DNA of 64,000 nucleotides from Myxococcota bacterium (lineage in GTDB: Bacteria; Myxococcota_A; SURF-8; G963663525), in contig CAXXVK010000057.1 in the NCBI GenBank assembly GCA_963676915.2, forward strand, positions 9,441-73,440, read 5' to 3'. Each line of letters begins with the position of its first letter. Positions within the stretch are counted from its first letter, which is position 1. Under the pieces are notes generated by a model. The model was not told the DNA's origin and searched no databases. It was given only the letters and a program-made list of their open reading frames with translations. Made by a program: the position numbers and the translations under genes. This document shows, piece by piece, positions 28,787 through 39,243 of this stretch.

Positions 28787-29529
28787 GGAGGCTCCTTGGA
28801 CAGGCGATATCCGCGCCCGCGAAGGGTGTGAATCAGCGGCAAGGGGAATTCTTTGTCGATTTTGGTGCGTAGCCGATGCAGATACACGTTGAGCACGTTG
28901 GTTCGAGGATCGAAATCCATGCCCCAGACGTTACGAATCAATTCCTTTTCCGTAACGGTTTGTTCGGGATGGTGCACGAAATAGTCCAACAATGCATATT
29001 CTTTGGGGGTCAGTTCGATCAAGCGCCCCTGGCGACGGGCCGTGTGGCGAATCGGATCGAGCCGAAGATCTTCGTAGGAAGGACCGGGTTCCGTCAGCAA
29101 AAGGTTACGACGAACCTGGGCTTGAATCCTGGCCAGCAATTCTTCGAGAGAAAACGGTTTCGAGACGTAATCGTCGGCTCCGGCGTTGAGTCCCTCCACC
29201 TTGTTTTCGACCGAACTTTTCACGGTCAGCATGATCACCGGTTCCCGGCGGTCCTCCTCACGCAGTCGGCGACAGAGGGACACGCCATCGAGTCCCGGAA
29301 GCATCCAGTCCAGCAGAATGCAGGAGTACTCACCGGACAACGCCCGCTCCAGACCCGCCGGACCGTTCTCCTCCCAGTCCACGCGGTAGCCCTCCTCGAC
29401 GAGGCTGCGCCGAAGCAAACCTGCCAGGGATTCGTCGTCCTCGACGATTAAAATGCGTCCGTTTTCCACTGCCGTTTCGACGTCTCCGTTTGCGATTTTC
29501 CGTTTCTTGAAAAACTCGATCTTATCCAT
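28783..29529 (-). CDS. OmpR-family response regulator
   Basis: ILIVEDD, LLDWMLPG, GADDYVSKPF, LTPKE, HTLRGRGY; the true start is probably near 29470. Confidence 0.93.
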   Translation of the reverse strand: MDKIEFFKKRKIANGDVETAVENGRILIVEDDESLAGLLRRSLVEEGYRVDWEENGPAGLERALSGEYSCILLDWMLPGLDGVSLCRRLREEDRREPVIMLTVKSSVENKVEGLNAGADDYVSKPFSLEELLARIQAQVRRNLLLTEPGPSYEDLRLDPIRHTARRQGRLIELTPKEYALLDYFVHHPEQTVTEKELIRNVWGMDFDPRTNVLNVYLHRLRTKIDKEFPLPLIHTLRGRGYRLSKEPP

Positions 29530-29595
29530 TGAAAGTGACGATTCGTCCCATCTCTTTGGATAAACTCTATCCCCGACAAGGGGCCAACCCCAAGT

Positions 29596-29612
29596 TAATC
29601 TTACGTAATCTT
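29596..29612 (-). promoter_or_regulatory. Candidate OmpR-type direct-repeat operator
   Basis: AAGATTA-cgt-AAGATTA on the minus strand, upstream of the response regulator. Confidence 0.3.
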
Positions 29613-29636
29613 CGGGGTGTATTTTTTAGGAAAATC

Positions 29637-29660
29637 GTAGGTCGGGTGACTTCACCCGAC
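29637..29660 (+). repeat. Single family A REP
   Basis: GTAGGTCGGGTGACTTCACCCGAC. Confidence 0.8.
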
Positions 29661-29764
29661 AATTTTCGAAAACGTCCTTTGTGTCAACGTCTTCCTAAAA
29701 AAACAGCGATTTTTCCCGCACTTTATACTCTTCCGGGTTTCCTGTTTTTTCGTGGAAAACCGAC

Positions 29765-30385
29765 CTACCGGATGTCCAGCTTGTCCGGTACGGCTCGGTC
29801 GGTTTCGAGGGGGATTTCCCGGTTTTCCATACCTTCGTCGGAGGTGGGAATCCGAACGGGCATGGGAACATACTCGCGGTATTCCTTGTACAATTCCTTG
29901 GCAAGCTCGAATTTGTTGATTCCTTCCGGAGCCACTTTGATATCCAGCTTGGCCAGCGACAATTCGAACTCGCTGCGACTTAAAGTATCGATATCCAGGG
30001 CGTAGTCTTTCAGCACCTGTTTGAGGACGGAAATCGGAGCGCCTACCATGCGGGCGGCGTCCTGAAGGCGCGGTTGCCGATAGGTATTGTTTTCCTGGAT
30101 ACCCAGGTAACAGGCACAAAACAGTGCAAAAGGATCGAGGTTTTTCTGAATCGAATCGATTTCTTCCGGAATCGGCGTGGTCAATTCCGAATAAAGCTGA
30201 ACTTTTTGGGAACGTGCTTTCGTTGAATCCATTCTACCGCTTCCATAACCGCCACCGCTATGGCGTTGGTTCGAATGGTTCGAATGATTCGAATGGTTTC
30301 TGTTCGAGCGACCGTTTCTCTTCTGTTGATTACGGGGTGAAGATGAACCCTTGCGGGTCTGCTTCTTCGGTTGGCGCCGATTCAT
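29765..30385 (-). CDS. Hypothetical protein with a basic low-complexity N-terminus (NHS repeats)
   Basis: GGAGAAGG RBS; disordered R/N/S-rich N-terminus, then a folded core DPFALFCACYLGI. Confidence 0.7.
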   Translation of the reverse strand: MNRRQPKKQTRKGSSSPRNQQKRNGRSNRNHSNHSNHSNQRHSGGGYGSGRMDSTKARSQKVQLYSELTTPIPEEIDSIQKNLDPFALFCACYLGIQENNTYRQPRLQDAARMVGAPISVLKQVLKDYALDIDTLSRSEFELSLAKLDIKVAPEGINKFELAKELYKEYREYVPMPVRIPTSDEGMENREIPLETDRAVPDKLDIR

Positions 30386-30751
30386 TCCTTCTCCATATCC
30401 TAGATGTTGTTGGGTCGCATGGAATCAACGCCCAGACATTTCCCCAGGCGTAGAAATCCAGCGTTTTGGTTCGTGTGCGGCTAAGCGCGTTTCGCGTTCG
30501 TTCCGATCCTTGGTTTCGGGTTATACAAACCCTTTAGGATATCAGCATCTCCGTGCCTTCGGGATCATCGGTCCAGGGGCGGTTCATGAGTCACTACTGC
30601 GACCGCCCTTCTCATTGGCCCGAAACTCGCCGGGATGCAAACATATTCCCCACCCTGTGGCTTCAAAAAAGCTACCCCACTTTTGTGATCGTGGCAAGGT
30701 TTTTCGGTTTCGATTTGCCCGCAAAATCCTCAAAAACAGGCTAAAAAAGAC

Positions 30752-30781
30752 AAAAAAACGGGGCGTTTGTCAACGCCCCGT
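30752..30781 (-). terminator. Rho-independent terminator
   Basis: ACGGGGCGTT-loop-AACGCCCCGT plus T7 on the minus strand, downstream of 30806..31753. Confidence 0.75.
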
Positions 30782-30805
30782 CGAATCATCCACGAAAAAG
30801 CGGGA

Positions 30806-31753
30806 TTATTCCGAAACTTCTTCCGTCACGCAGGAAGCGCCGGTGGTATCGTCTTCGGCACAGACCTGTCCGCCATCGGCGCAGTCGTTGGAGGTCCAGA
30901 ATCCTCCGACACAGACGTAAATCATCGTACCCTGGCAATAGGGCAGATCATCGTTGTCATCGCATTCAGGCGTAGGAGTGATGGTCGAAGTCGGGCTGAT
31001 TTCCGTCAGCGAAATGTTCCAGTAGGCATCGTCGGTACCCATGATGAAGGTCGGGCTTTCCGACTGGCCAAGCATCTTGTTGCTGAAGAGAATCGGCAGA
31101 ACCGCGACTTTGTACGCGCCACCCAGGACGAATTTCTCGGCTGCGAACACCGCAGAACCGGCCATATCCGTGGTGGCCTGCGCGACGGACAGGCGGTTGC
31201 TGACAGCACCCAGGAATTTACCGGCGGTGAAACCGGAGTTATCCTCGGCAACCGGGGTGATGATCACGGTTGCGCTGTTGACCGGGGTGTTGGCGTAGGT
31301 TACGTAGACCTGGAAAGGCGGGGTTTTGTAGTTGATCGGGAAAAGCTGAATGTTGGCGACTTCCGTCGGCTCTTTCAGGAAATACCAATCGCCGAGCACT
31401 TTGGAATCGATTTTGATCATGCCTTCGAAGCTCTGGTATCCGTCCGCCGAAGCGAAAATCGGAATTTCGATGTCAGCGGGCACGTAGGGGAAGAAATAAG
31501 CCCCCACAGCCTCGGCGCCATCGCCACCATTGAGTTTCTGTGCTTTCTTCAGGTTTCCGTCGATCGACAGTTTGACTGTGGAGCCGTCGAGCTGTTTTCC
31601 GGTGATCGCATCCACGACCACACCCTGCAATTCACCGTGAATCGCGAATTTGTAGGGTTGATTGCTGTTGCAACAATCGTCGTATTCGCCACAGGCAGCG
31701 AGTAGCGGCAGAACGGCGATCAAGGCCAAGCCTATCCATTTGATGGTTTTCAT
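30806..31753 (-). CDS. Lipoprotein with beta-sandwich domains and a short C-terminal Cys module
   Basis: Strong RBS AGGAGGAGG; lipobox LAA-C; LQGVVVDAITGKQL carboxypeptidase-like start. Confidence 0.8.
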   Translation of the reverse strand: MKTIKWIGLALIAVLPLLAACGEYDDCCNSNQPYKFAIHGELQGVVVDAITGKQLDGSTVKLSIDGNLKKAQKLNGGDGAEAVGAYFFPYVPADIEIPIFASADGYQSFEGMIKIDSKVLGDWYFLKEPTEVANIQLFPINYKTPPFQVYVTYANTPVNSATVIITPVAEDNSGFTAGKFLGAVSNRLSVAQATTDMAGSAVFAAEKFVLGGAYKVAVLPILFSNKMLGQSESPTFIMGTDDAYWNISLTEISPTSTITPTPECDDNDDLPYCQGTMIYVCVGGFWTSNDCADGGQVCAEDDTTGASCVTEEVSE

Positions 31754-32178
31754 GGTTCCTCCTCCTAGTAAAAAACTCTCAATTGGATGATGTAACGTGT
31801 TTCACAAAGGTAATGCTGCCTTTTATCCCCTTCGTCTATCGATGTCAAGGCAATAGACTGTCAAATATTGGTGCGCAACATAGTAATTGGATGAATTTTC
31901 CGATCCGACTCGATAACATTCGATTATCGTTGGCTGCCAAAGCGAGAATGACCTGTGATTTCAATGAAAAACAGCGTCTTGGCTAAATATCACCTACCAT
32001 AAGACTTTAGGAGATTCGATTTCTTCTTCCGTATCGGTTCGGAGTTCCTCGAAGCGGTTCATTTTCCTCTCAGACACCCGATTATTGTAAAAACCGGATC
32101 TTTTCGGAAACGACACCTGTGTCTTTTCGACCGATTCGGCGTGTTTTTCGATTTGGACCCTCGTTTCGGAGCCGTCTC

Positions 32179-35100
32179 ATGCACTCTTTCCGTCGTATCG
32201 TATTATTACTTCTGTTTGTTTCCCTGTTTTTGTTTTGTATTTCGTGCGGAGAACAAACCGCGACGGAGGACAGCACCCTTCCAGCCGACAACGACCCGGA
32301 TACGTCAACCGAAGCCGAAGCGGACCTCAGCGAATCCTTGGAAAAGGACGAAATTGCGGAAATCATTGAAGAAGATGACGAGGAATCCGACACGGAAAGC
32401 GAAATTCCGACGGATGGCAGCGTGCTGGACTCCCTGTGCGACGGCATCTTCTGCTCGGGTTTCGGCCGCTGCATGGTGTTGAATTCCCAGCCGCGTTGCG
32501 TCTGTCAGGAAGGTTTTCACGAAGAGGGAACCGCCTGCGTCGCCAACGACCCGCTCGATCCCTGCGACGGAGTAAACTGCGGCAACGGCGGAGCCTGCGT
32601 GGTGCTGGATGAACTGACGCGGGACATCTCCTGCAGTTGCCCGGAAGGAACGTTTTCCTACGAATTGCATTGTCTTCCGCAAGATACGGTAGAAGGCTGT
32701 AACATGACGGACATCGGCAACGGGGTCGAGGTCTGCCTGTTTCCGGGAAATCCCATGGGCGAAGAAGGATTACTTCACTTTCCGAATCCTCCCGAAACCG
32801 TTTCCCAGACACGCTCCCTTCTCTCCGTAGTGGATCATCGATCCGACTATCTGAACGACTACCTGACCGAACCCGACAACCAGGGAAGTTGCGGAACCTG
32901 CGTCGCCTTCGCCACGGTGCATTCCCTCGAAGCGACATTGGCTTCGCGGATGGTAACCAGTGCCGACATGAGCCAGTCCCACGTCTGGGAAATGGCGGGG
33001 CTGTCGCTTTCCTGCACCAACGGCACCTCGCTGGGGCGAATCGTCGCCGCCGTGACCGGAACGCGGTTCGTCGTGCCGTCCACCATCTGGCCTTACATCT
33101 GTCACTCGTACGGTTCCAGCAATTACAGTTGTTACGGGTGGTTGGAAGACCGTAGCATCGACGAGTCCGCCGAGGGATTGTTCCATGGCGTCACGCCGTT
33201 CAACGTCATCGGCGGCAACACCGACGTGTTGGAACAAGCCCTGTCCGATGGGTACAACATCATCTATGCCGTTCCGGTTTATAGCAATTCGTGGTCGGCC
33301 TGGTACCGGCCCGTATTGGTCGATATTCCCACTTCGGGATCGCAATATCAAGGCGGTCACGCCGTTTTGATCGTCGGTTACGACCGCGCAAAACAGGAAT
33401 TCCTCTTCCTCAATTCCTGGAGTGATGCCTGGGGGGATGGAGGATACGGGCGCTTCAGCTATCGTTTTCTGTTGGCGTATGGGTACGGTGGAATCGTCGT
33501 CCGGGATGTCGTCAGCAATTTTTGCTCGGACGACTCCGACTGTTCCTGCGGATTCTGCGACGACGGTTCCTGTGCGCTTCAGCGTGAAATTCTCAACGGA
33601 CTCGACGACAATTGCGACGGCAAGGTGGACGAAGGCGTGGAATGTCCCGAAGGCGAAACCCAACCCTGCGGCGGCACGGATATCGGGGAATGCGAATTCG
33701 GCATACAGACCTGCACTTCGGGTCGTTGGGGAGACTGTGCAGGGGGATACGTGCCTGCGCAAGCGGAATCCTGCGATGGACTGGACAACGACTGCGACGG
33801 ACAGGCGGACGAGAACCTGACGCGGGTCTGCGGCAGCGACACGGGAGAATGTCGCTCGGGCGTGCAAGCCTGCCTGAACGGTAGCTGGGGTTCCTGCGAG
33901 GGAGAAAATCCACCCGTCGAGGAAATCTGCGACAACCTGGATAACGACTGCAACGGTGCAACGGACGACGGCCTGTATATCCCCTGCGGTAGCGATGTCG
34001 GTCTATGTCAGAAAGGCGTGCAGCCTTGTATCGCAGGAGAGTGGGCAAGCTGCCAGGGAGGCGTCACCGCTACGGAAGAAATCTGCGACAACGAGGACAA
34101 CGACTGTGACAGCCTTGTGGACGAAGACCTCTCCCGCGTCTGCGGTAGTGATATCGGGGAATGCGTGAGCGGAATCCAGACCTGCCGTTTCGGAAACTGG
34201 GGAACCTGCGACGGCCAGACGGGACCGGATACTGAAATCTGCGACAACCTGGACAACGACTGCGACAACAGCATCGATGAAGACCTGTTCCGTGTCTGCG
34301 GCAGCGATGTGGGAGCCTGTCAAAAAGGGATCGAAACCTGTGCGTTCGGACTCTGGGGTGCCTGTATCGGAGAAACGTTGCCTTCGCAGGAACTTTGCGA
34401 CAACGTGGACAACGATTGCAACGGGCAGATCGACAACGCGGTGGACCCGTCGCTCGTCCCGCCCGAGGAAGCCTGTCCGACCTTTGGAGTCTGCGCCGAC
34501 GGACAAGCAGTGGATGTCTGCACGACCGGGCAATGGTCCTGCAATCTTCCACCCGGCTATGTGGCCGAGGAATGCCCGATTCTGAACGAACTTTGCGAGG
34601 CCGGATCGTTCGGCGATGTGACCTGCATGGATGGACTGGACAACGACTGTGACGGCATAACCGACGAGAATAACAAGTATTTCTACTGTGAGCAGGCTCC
34701 CGATTACTGGAAAATCGAACAGAACCTGGACTGCTACCAGGGACCGTACGGAAAATGTCTCGAAGAGCCGGGAAGCTACCAGTGTTCCATGTCGCCTTCC
34801 AGTTGCGCGGTATCGATTCAATGCACGGGAGGAGCCTATCCGCAAAGCGAACAATGTGACGGTCAGGACTGGGATTGCGATGGCTACATTTACGACCGCC
34901 ACGATGTGGATAACGATGGTTACGGCGATTGTCCCGGCTATGAAGACTGCGACGAAACAACCGCACTGAAAAATCCCGGCAGGGAAGAAATCTGCGACGG
35001 ACGGGACAACGACTGCGACGGCGAGACCGACGAGGGCGGTGTCTGCGATGCCGTAGACGGTGACGTGGATGACGAAAACAGTGAAGAATTCCAGGAAGAT

Positions 35101-37161
35101 GAGCTTCCCTTCACCGAGCCGGAATTCGTCTGGGTGGACATTCCCGAAGGAACGTTCCGGATGGGTTGCTCGGGTGGCGATACGCAGTGTTACGCCTCCG
35201 GCACCGAGGAACCCGCACATGACGTGACGATGCACAGCTACCGGATGTTGTCCACCGAAGTGACGCGCATGCAGTACCAGTGGATGATGTTCGGAGAGCC
35301 GGACCGGTCGGAGTGTCCGAATTGTCCCAAAGAAGGCGTCAGTTGGAACGAGGCGAAAGCATTTTGTGAAACTTTGGAAGCTCGCCTGCCTTCGGAGGCG
35401 GAATGGGAATATGCCGTGCGGGCCGGAACCGATACCCGTTACTATTGCGGTACCGATTCAAGCTGTCTCGATATCATCGCCTGGAGAAGCGGTCCTACTC
35501 ACCCGGCAGGTGAAAAGTGGCCTAATTCCTGGGGATTGTACGATATGCTGGGCAATGTCTGGGAGTGGGTCGAAGACTGCACACACCCCAATTACGTGGG
35601 AGCGCCATCAACCGGAGGCGTGTGGGAAGGCGGCGACTGCTCGACCCGCGTCTTGCGTGGTGGGTGCTGGATTTGCTCGACGCAAACCATGCGCGCCTCG
35701 GCGCGTGCCTCGGGCGACCCGGAAACGCATTACGAACACGGCGTAGGCTTCCGCTGCGCCTCCGCCTCCCTGCCGCCGGTCGATGGCGACGTGGACGAGG
35801 ACGACGGAAGCGGCGATGCGGATACGGATGCTTTCGAATGGCCGGAACTACCTGAAACCGAAGGAGTTTCAGAGATCGACGCAGAAGTTTCGGACGATGC
35901 CGAAAGCGTGGAACTTCCCGATGGAGACGACGAAACCACCGAGGAAGACCTTCCCGTCGGTGACGAAGACGCCCTGGAAATGGATAGCTTTGAAGCCGAA
36001 TTCCCGGAAACGGTCGATGACGACCCGGATCTTTCCACCGAAACCGAGATGGACGACCCCCTCCCCGGAGACGAGGACAGCGCAGACGCCGCGTGGGAGC
36101 AAGAACAGGATCTGCCAGGAGAAGAACCCGAAGTAGAGACGCCGGAAACCCTGGAACAGCTCGAAGAAGAGACGGAAACACCTGAACTGACAGAGGATTT
36201 TGACGACGAAGCCGTGGAAGCGGAGGTCGTGGAGCAATCCGACACCATAGAAACGTACGAGGACGAAACAGTGGAAGGCTCCGACGTGGACCTGGATAAC
36301 GCCGAACTCCCTGAAGTCGATGTGGAAAGCAGCGGGGAAGACGATCCGATACCGGGCGATGGCGATTTCGTGGACGGGACGGAACCGGACGGCGACATCC
36401 TTGAAATCGTTGACGATCCCAGCGAAATGGAAACCGTGGATAGCGACACGGCGGAAGACGTTTCCGAGCTGGAATCGGTAGAAGAAGAAATTTTCGAAGA
36501 CGAAACCGATGGGGACGTTGTGGAGGAAGAAGCCGAGGAAGAAATCGAACTGGTTTATGCTTACGTCTGTGCCGGATCGTTCGAAATGGGCTGTTCACCC
36601 GACGACGACGAATGCATGCCGGACGAGGCGGGAGAATCGGTGGAAATCGACCGAGATTTCATGGTCACGCCTTACGAGATCACGCAACATCAATTCGAAA
36701 TGGTGATGGGCTTCAATCCCAGCTATCGGCGGAATTGCCCGCAATGTCCGGTCGAGCAGGTCACCTGGGAGGAAGCTGGCGCCTTTTGCGATCTGATGGG
36801 TGCAAGACTACCAAGCTCGGCCGAGTGGGAATTCGCCGCTCGAGCGGGATCAACTACCCGTTATTACTGCGGAACCGACGCCTCCTGCCTGAATGACGTG
36901 GCGTGGTATCTGGACAATGCCTCGGATGTCCCGCATCCGGTCGGAGAAAAACAGGCCAACGACTGGGGATTGTACGACATGCTGGGCAACGTCTGGGAGT
37001 GGGTCGCGGACTGCGCCGACGAAGAGTGCGAAAGCTACTATCATCGTGGAGGATCGTGGCACGACGAAGCGCGAAAACTGAGGGTCAGCTACAAATCCAG
37101 TCACGCTCCCAACAGCCGCCTGACGACCATCGGTTTCCGCTGCGCCACCGATATCGAATAA
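32179..37161 (+). CDS. Giant lipoprotein: EGF-like, C1 (papain-like) peptidase, Cys repeats, two FGE/CLec domains, acidic linker
   Basis: Lipobox CIS-C; QGSCGTC, GGHAV and NSW catalytic motifs; CDNLDNDCD repeats; two RLPSxAEWEyAxR...DMLGNVWEW...RGG...GFRC domains; start 32179 after GGAG (ORF track 32119). Confidence 0.9.
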   Translation: MHSFRRIVLLLLFVSLFLFCISCGEQTATEDSTLPADNDPDTSTEAEADLSESLEKDEIAEIIEEDDEESDTESEIPTDGSVLDSLCDGIFCSGFGRCMVLNSQPRCVCQEGFHEEGTACVANDPLDPCDGVNCGNGGACVVLDELTRDISCSCPEGTFSYELHCLPQDTVEGCNMTDIGNGVEVCLFPGNPMGEEGLLHFPNPPETVSQTRSLLSVVDHRSDYLNDYLTEPDNQGSCGTCVAFATVHSLEATLASRMVTSADMSQSHVWEMAGLSLSCTNGTSLGRIVAAVTGTRFVVPSTIWPYICHSYGSSNYSCYGWLEDRSIDESAEGLFHGVTPFNVIGGNTDVLEQALSDGYNIIYAVPVYSNSWSAWYRPVLVDIPTSGSQYQGGHAVLIVGYDRAKQEFLFLNSWSDAWGDGGYGRFSYRFLLAYGYGGIVVRDVVSNFCSDDSDCSCGFCDDGSCALQREILNGLDDNCDGKVDEGVECPEGETQPCGGTDIGECEFGIQTCTSGRWGDCAGGYVPAQAESCDGLDNDCDGQADENLTRVCGSDTGECRSGVQACLNGSWGSCEGENPPVEEICDNLDNDCNGATDDGLYIPCGSDVGLCQKGVQPCIAGEWASCQGGVTATEEICDNEDNDCDSLVDEDLSRVCGSDIGECVSGIQTCRFGNWGTCDGQTGPDTEICDNLDNDCDNSIDEDLFRVCGSDVGACQKGIETCAFGLWGACIGETLPSQELCDNVDNDCNGQIDNAVDPSLVPPEEACPTFGVCADGQAVDVCTTGQWSCNLPPGYVAEECPILNELCEAGSFGDVTCMDGLDNDCDGITDENNKYFYCEQAPDYWKIEQNLDCYQGPYGKCLEEPGSYQCSMSPSSCAVSIQCTGGAYPQSEQCDGQDWDCDGYIYDRHDVDNDGYGDCPGYEDCDETTALKNPGREEICDGRDNDCDGETDEGGVCDAVDGDVDDENSEEFQEDELPFTEPEFVWVDIPEGTFRMGCSGGDTQCYASGTEEPAHDVTMHSYRMLSTEVTRMQYQWMMFGEPDRSECPNCPKEGVSWNEAKAFCETLEARLPSEAEWEYAVRAGTDTRYYCGTDSSCLDIIAWRSGPTHPAGEKWPNSWGLYDMLGNVWEWVEDCTHPNYVGAPSTGGVWEGGDCSTRVLRGGCWICSTQTMRASARASGDPETHYEHGVGFRCASASLPPVDGDVDEDDGSGDADTDAFEWPELPETEGVSEIDAEVSDDAESVELPDGDDETTEEDLPVGDEDALEMDSFEAEFPETVDDDPDLSTETEMDDPLPGDEDSADAAWEQEQDLPGEEPEVETPETLEQLEEETETPELTEDFDDEAVEAEVVEQSDTIETYEDETVEGSDVDLDNAELPEVDVESSGEDDPIPGDGDFVDGTEPDGDILEIVDDPSEMETVDSDTAEDVSELESVEEEIFEDETDGDVVEEEAEEEIELVYAYVCAGSFEMGCSPDDDECMPDEAGESVEIDRDFMVTPYEITQHQFEMVMGFNPSYRRNCPQCPVEQVTWEEAGAFCDLMGARLPSSAEWEFAARAGSTTRYYCGTDASCLNDVAWYLDNASDVPHPVGEKQANDWGLYDMLGNVWEWVADCADEECESYYHRGGSWHDEARKLRVSYKSSHAPNSRLTTIGFRCATDIE
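33766..34440 (+). repeat. Intragenic tandem repeat, 156-bp (52-aa) period
   Basis: GAA ATC TGC GAC AAC CTG GAC AAC GAC TGC-like units at about 33766, 33922, 34078, 34234 and 34390. Confidence 0.85.
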
Positions 37162-37209
37162 TAGAAGTGTGGCAACAAGCTACGTATCCCGTTGATATCA
37201 TAGAAAAAT

Positions 37210-37249
37210 AAAAAACGCCCGTTTCCAGATCATTTGGAAACGGGCGTTT
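37210..37249. terminator. Terminator between convergent genes
   Basis: AAACGCCCGTTTCCA-loop-TGGAAACGGGCGTTT perfect 15-bp stem with flanking A/T runs. Confidence 0.85.
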
Positions 37250-37275
37250 GAATTCGAGAGAAACGCGCAGAAGCG

Positions 37276-39243
37276 TTACTTGACTTCTTTCCACTCGGCG
37301 TCGATCACGTCGTCATCTTTGGGAGCCGACGCTTGCGGTTCGCCTCCGGGGGCTCCGGGCATCGGACCGGCGGCGTTGGGGTCGAATCCGGCAGCGCTTG
37401 GGTCGAATCCCGCCGCTCCCGGTTGCGCTCCGGCTTCGGCGGCGGCTTTTTCGTAGGCCGCTTTGCTGATGGCGTGGGCGGCCTGTTCCAACTGCTCCTT
37501 CAGGCTCTTGATTTCGTCGATGGGAGCTTCGTTTTTCACGGCCTCGTGGATCTTGCCGACGATCTCGTTGCAGCGGTTTTTGTCTTCTTCACCCACGGCG
37601 TCGCCCAGTTCCTTGATCTGGGATTCGACGGCATAGGCCAACTGCTCGGTGCTGTTGCGGGTGTCCACTTCCTCACGGCGTTTTTTGTCTTCCTCGGCGT
37701 TGGATTCGGCGTCCTTGATCATCTGATCCACTGTGGACTCGTCGAGATTCGAAGACTGGGTGATGGTGATCTTCTGCTCTTTGCCAGTAGCCTTGTCCTT
37801 GGCGGAGACGTTCAGGATGCCGTTGGCGTCGATGTCGAACGATACTTCCACCTGCGGTACGCCACGCGGGGCGGGCATGATACCTTCGAGGTTGAACTGT
37901 CCCAGACTGCGGTTGTTGGCCGCCATCTCGCGTTCACCTTGCAGGACGTTGATCGTCACGGCCGATTGGTTGTCGGACGCCGTAGAGAAAATTTCGGACT
38001 TCGTAACGGGAATCGTGGTGTTGCGGGTGATCAGTTTGGTCATGACACCACCCAGGGTTTCGACGCCCAGCGACAGCGGGGTCACGTCGAGCAGCAACAC
38101 GTCGGTGACATCACCACCGATGATGCCCGCCTGCACGGCAGCGCCCATCGAAACGACTTCATCCGGATTGACCGTCTGGTTGGGGTCTTTGCCGGTGATT
38201 TCCTTGACGAGATTCTGCACGGCGGGAATGCGGGTGGAACCGCCGACCAGCAGTACTTCGTTGATTTCACTTGCGGAAAGTCCGGCATCCTTGAGGGAAC
38301 GGTTGATCGGTCCCCGGCAGCGTTCCACCAGATCGCGGGTCAGTTCTTCGAACTTGGCGCGGGTGATTTTGGTTTCGAGGTGTTTGGGGCCGTTGGCGTC
38401 GGCAGTGATGAACGGCAACGAAATCGTGGCCTGCGGAGTTTCCGAAAGTTCGCATTTCGCTTTTTCCGCCGCTTCGGTCAATCGTTGCAGCGCTTGCTTG
38501 TCGCCGCGCAGGTCGATGCCCTGCTCTTTTTTGAATTCTTCGGCGATGTAATCGGCCAGGCGCTTGTCGAAGTCGTCGCCACCCAAATGGGTGTCACCGC
38601 TGGTCGAAAGCACTTCCACCACGTTGTCGCCGATGTCCAACACCGACACGTCGAAGGTTCCGCCACCCAGGTCGAAGACCAGCACTTTTTCGTCTTTGCG
38701 CTGGTTCAGGCCATAGGCCAGGGCCGCCGCTGTAGGCTCGTTGATAATTCGCAGCACGTTGAGACCGGCGATGGTCCCGGCGTCTTTCGTAGCGGTGCGC
38801 TGCGAGTCGTTGAAGTAGGCCGGAACGGTGATGACGACGTCTTTGATCGTCTCCCCGGCGTATTTTTCGGCATCCTTGACCAGTTTGCGCAGCACCTGTG
38901 CGGAGATTTCCTCCGGCGCCAGGGTTTTGCCACCCAGGTCGAAACGGATGGCGTCGTTGTCGCCTTTGACTACATTATAGGAAACCTGCTTCGATTCCTC
39001 GTCCACCTCGCCCCATTTGCGACCGACGAAGCGCTTGGCGCTGTATACCGTCACCTCGGGGTTGAGGACCGCCTGCCGCTTGGCCAGTTGCCCGACCAGA
39101 CGTTCACCGTCTTTGGGATATGCCACCACGGAAGGGGTGGTTCGTCCGCCTTCGGAGTTGGCGATAACAGTGGGTTTGTCACCTTCGAGGATCGAGATCA
39201 CTGAGTTCGTGGTTCCGAGATCGATTCCGATTGCTTTACTCAT
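37276..39243 (-). CDS. dnaK: Molecular chaperone DnaK (Hsp70)
   Basis: [25 protein letters not shown] and [11 protein letters not shown] motifs; C-terminal [13 protein letters not shown]. Confidence 0.97.
   Translation of the reverse strand: MSKAIGIDLGTTNSVISILEGDKPTVIANSEGGRTTPSVVAYPKDGERLVGQLAKRQAVLNPEVTVYSAKRFVGRKWGEVDEESKQVSYNVVKGDNDAIRFDLGGKTLAPEEISAQVLRKLVKDAEKYAGETIKDVVITVPAYFNDSQRTATKDAGTIAGLNVLRIINEPTAAALAYGLNQRKDEKVLVFDLGGGTFDVSVLDIGDNVVEVLSTSGDTHLGGDDFDKRLADYIAEEFKKEQGIDLRGDKQALQRLTEAAEKAKCELSETPQATISLPFITADANGPKHLETKITRAKFEELTRDLVERCRGPINRSLKDAGLSASEINEVLLVGGSTRIPAVQNLVKEITGKDPNQTVNPDEVVSMGAAVQAGIIGGDVTDVLLLDVTPLSLGVETLGGVMTKLITRNTTIPVTKSEIFSTASDNQSAVTINVLQGEREMAANNRSLGQFNLEGIMPAPRGVPQVEVSFDIDANGILNVSAKDKATGKEQKITITQSSNLDESTVDQMIKDAESNAEEDKKRREEVDTRNSTEQLAYAVESQIKELGDAVGEEDKNRCNEIVGKIHEAVKNEAPIDEIKSLKEQLEQAAHAISKAAYEKAAAEAGAQPGAAGFDPSAAGFDPNAAGPMPGAPGGEPQASAPKDDDVIDAEWKEVK

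Noticed and set aside
33766-34440. 156-bp periodic repeat as a non-coding array
   Set aside because: It is in frame, encodes 52-aa Cys modules and varies synonymously.
35640-37150. Diversity-generating retroelement targeting the FGE domains
   Set aside because: No reverse transcriptase and no template repeat in the window; the two FGE ends differ at all base types, not just adenines.
37333-39204. 623-aa plus-strand ORF
   Set aside because: Antisense shadow of dnaK. The long ORFs opposite sat (49113..50417), prfB (17125..18129) and the kinase (19015..20790) are rejected on the same grounds.
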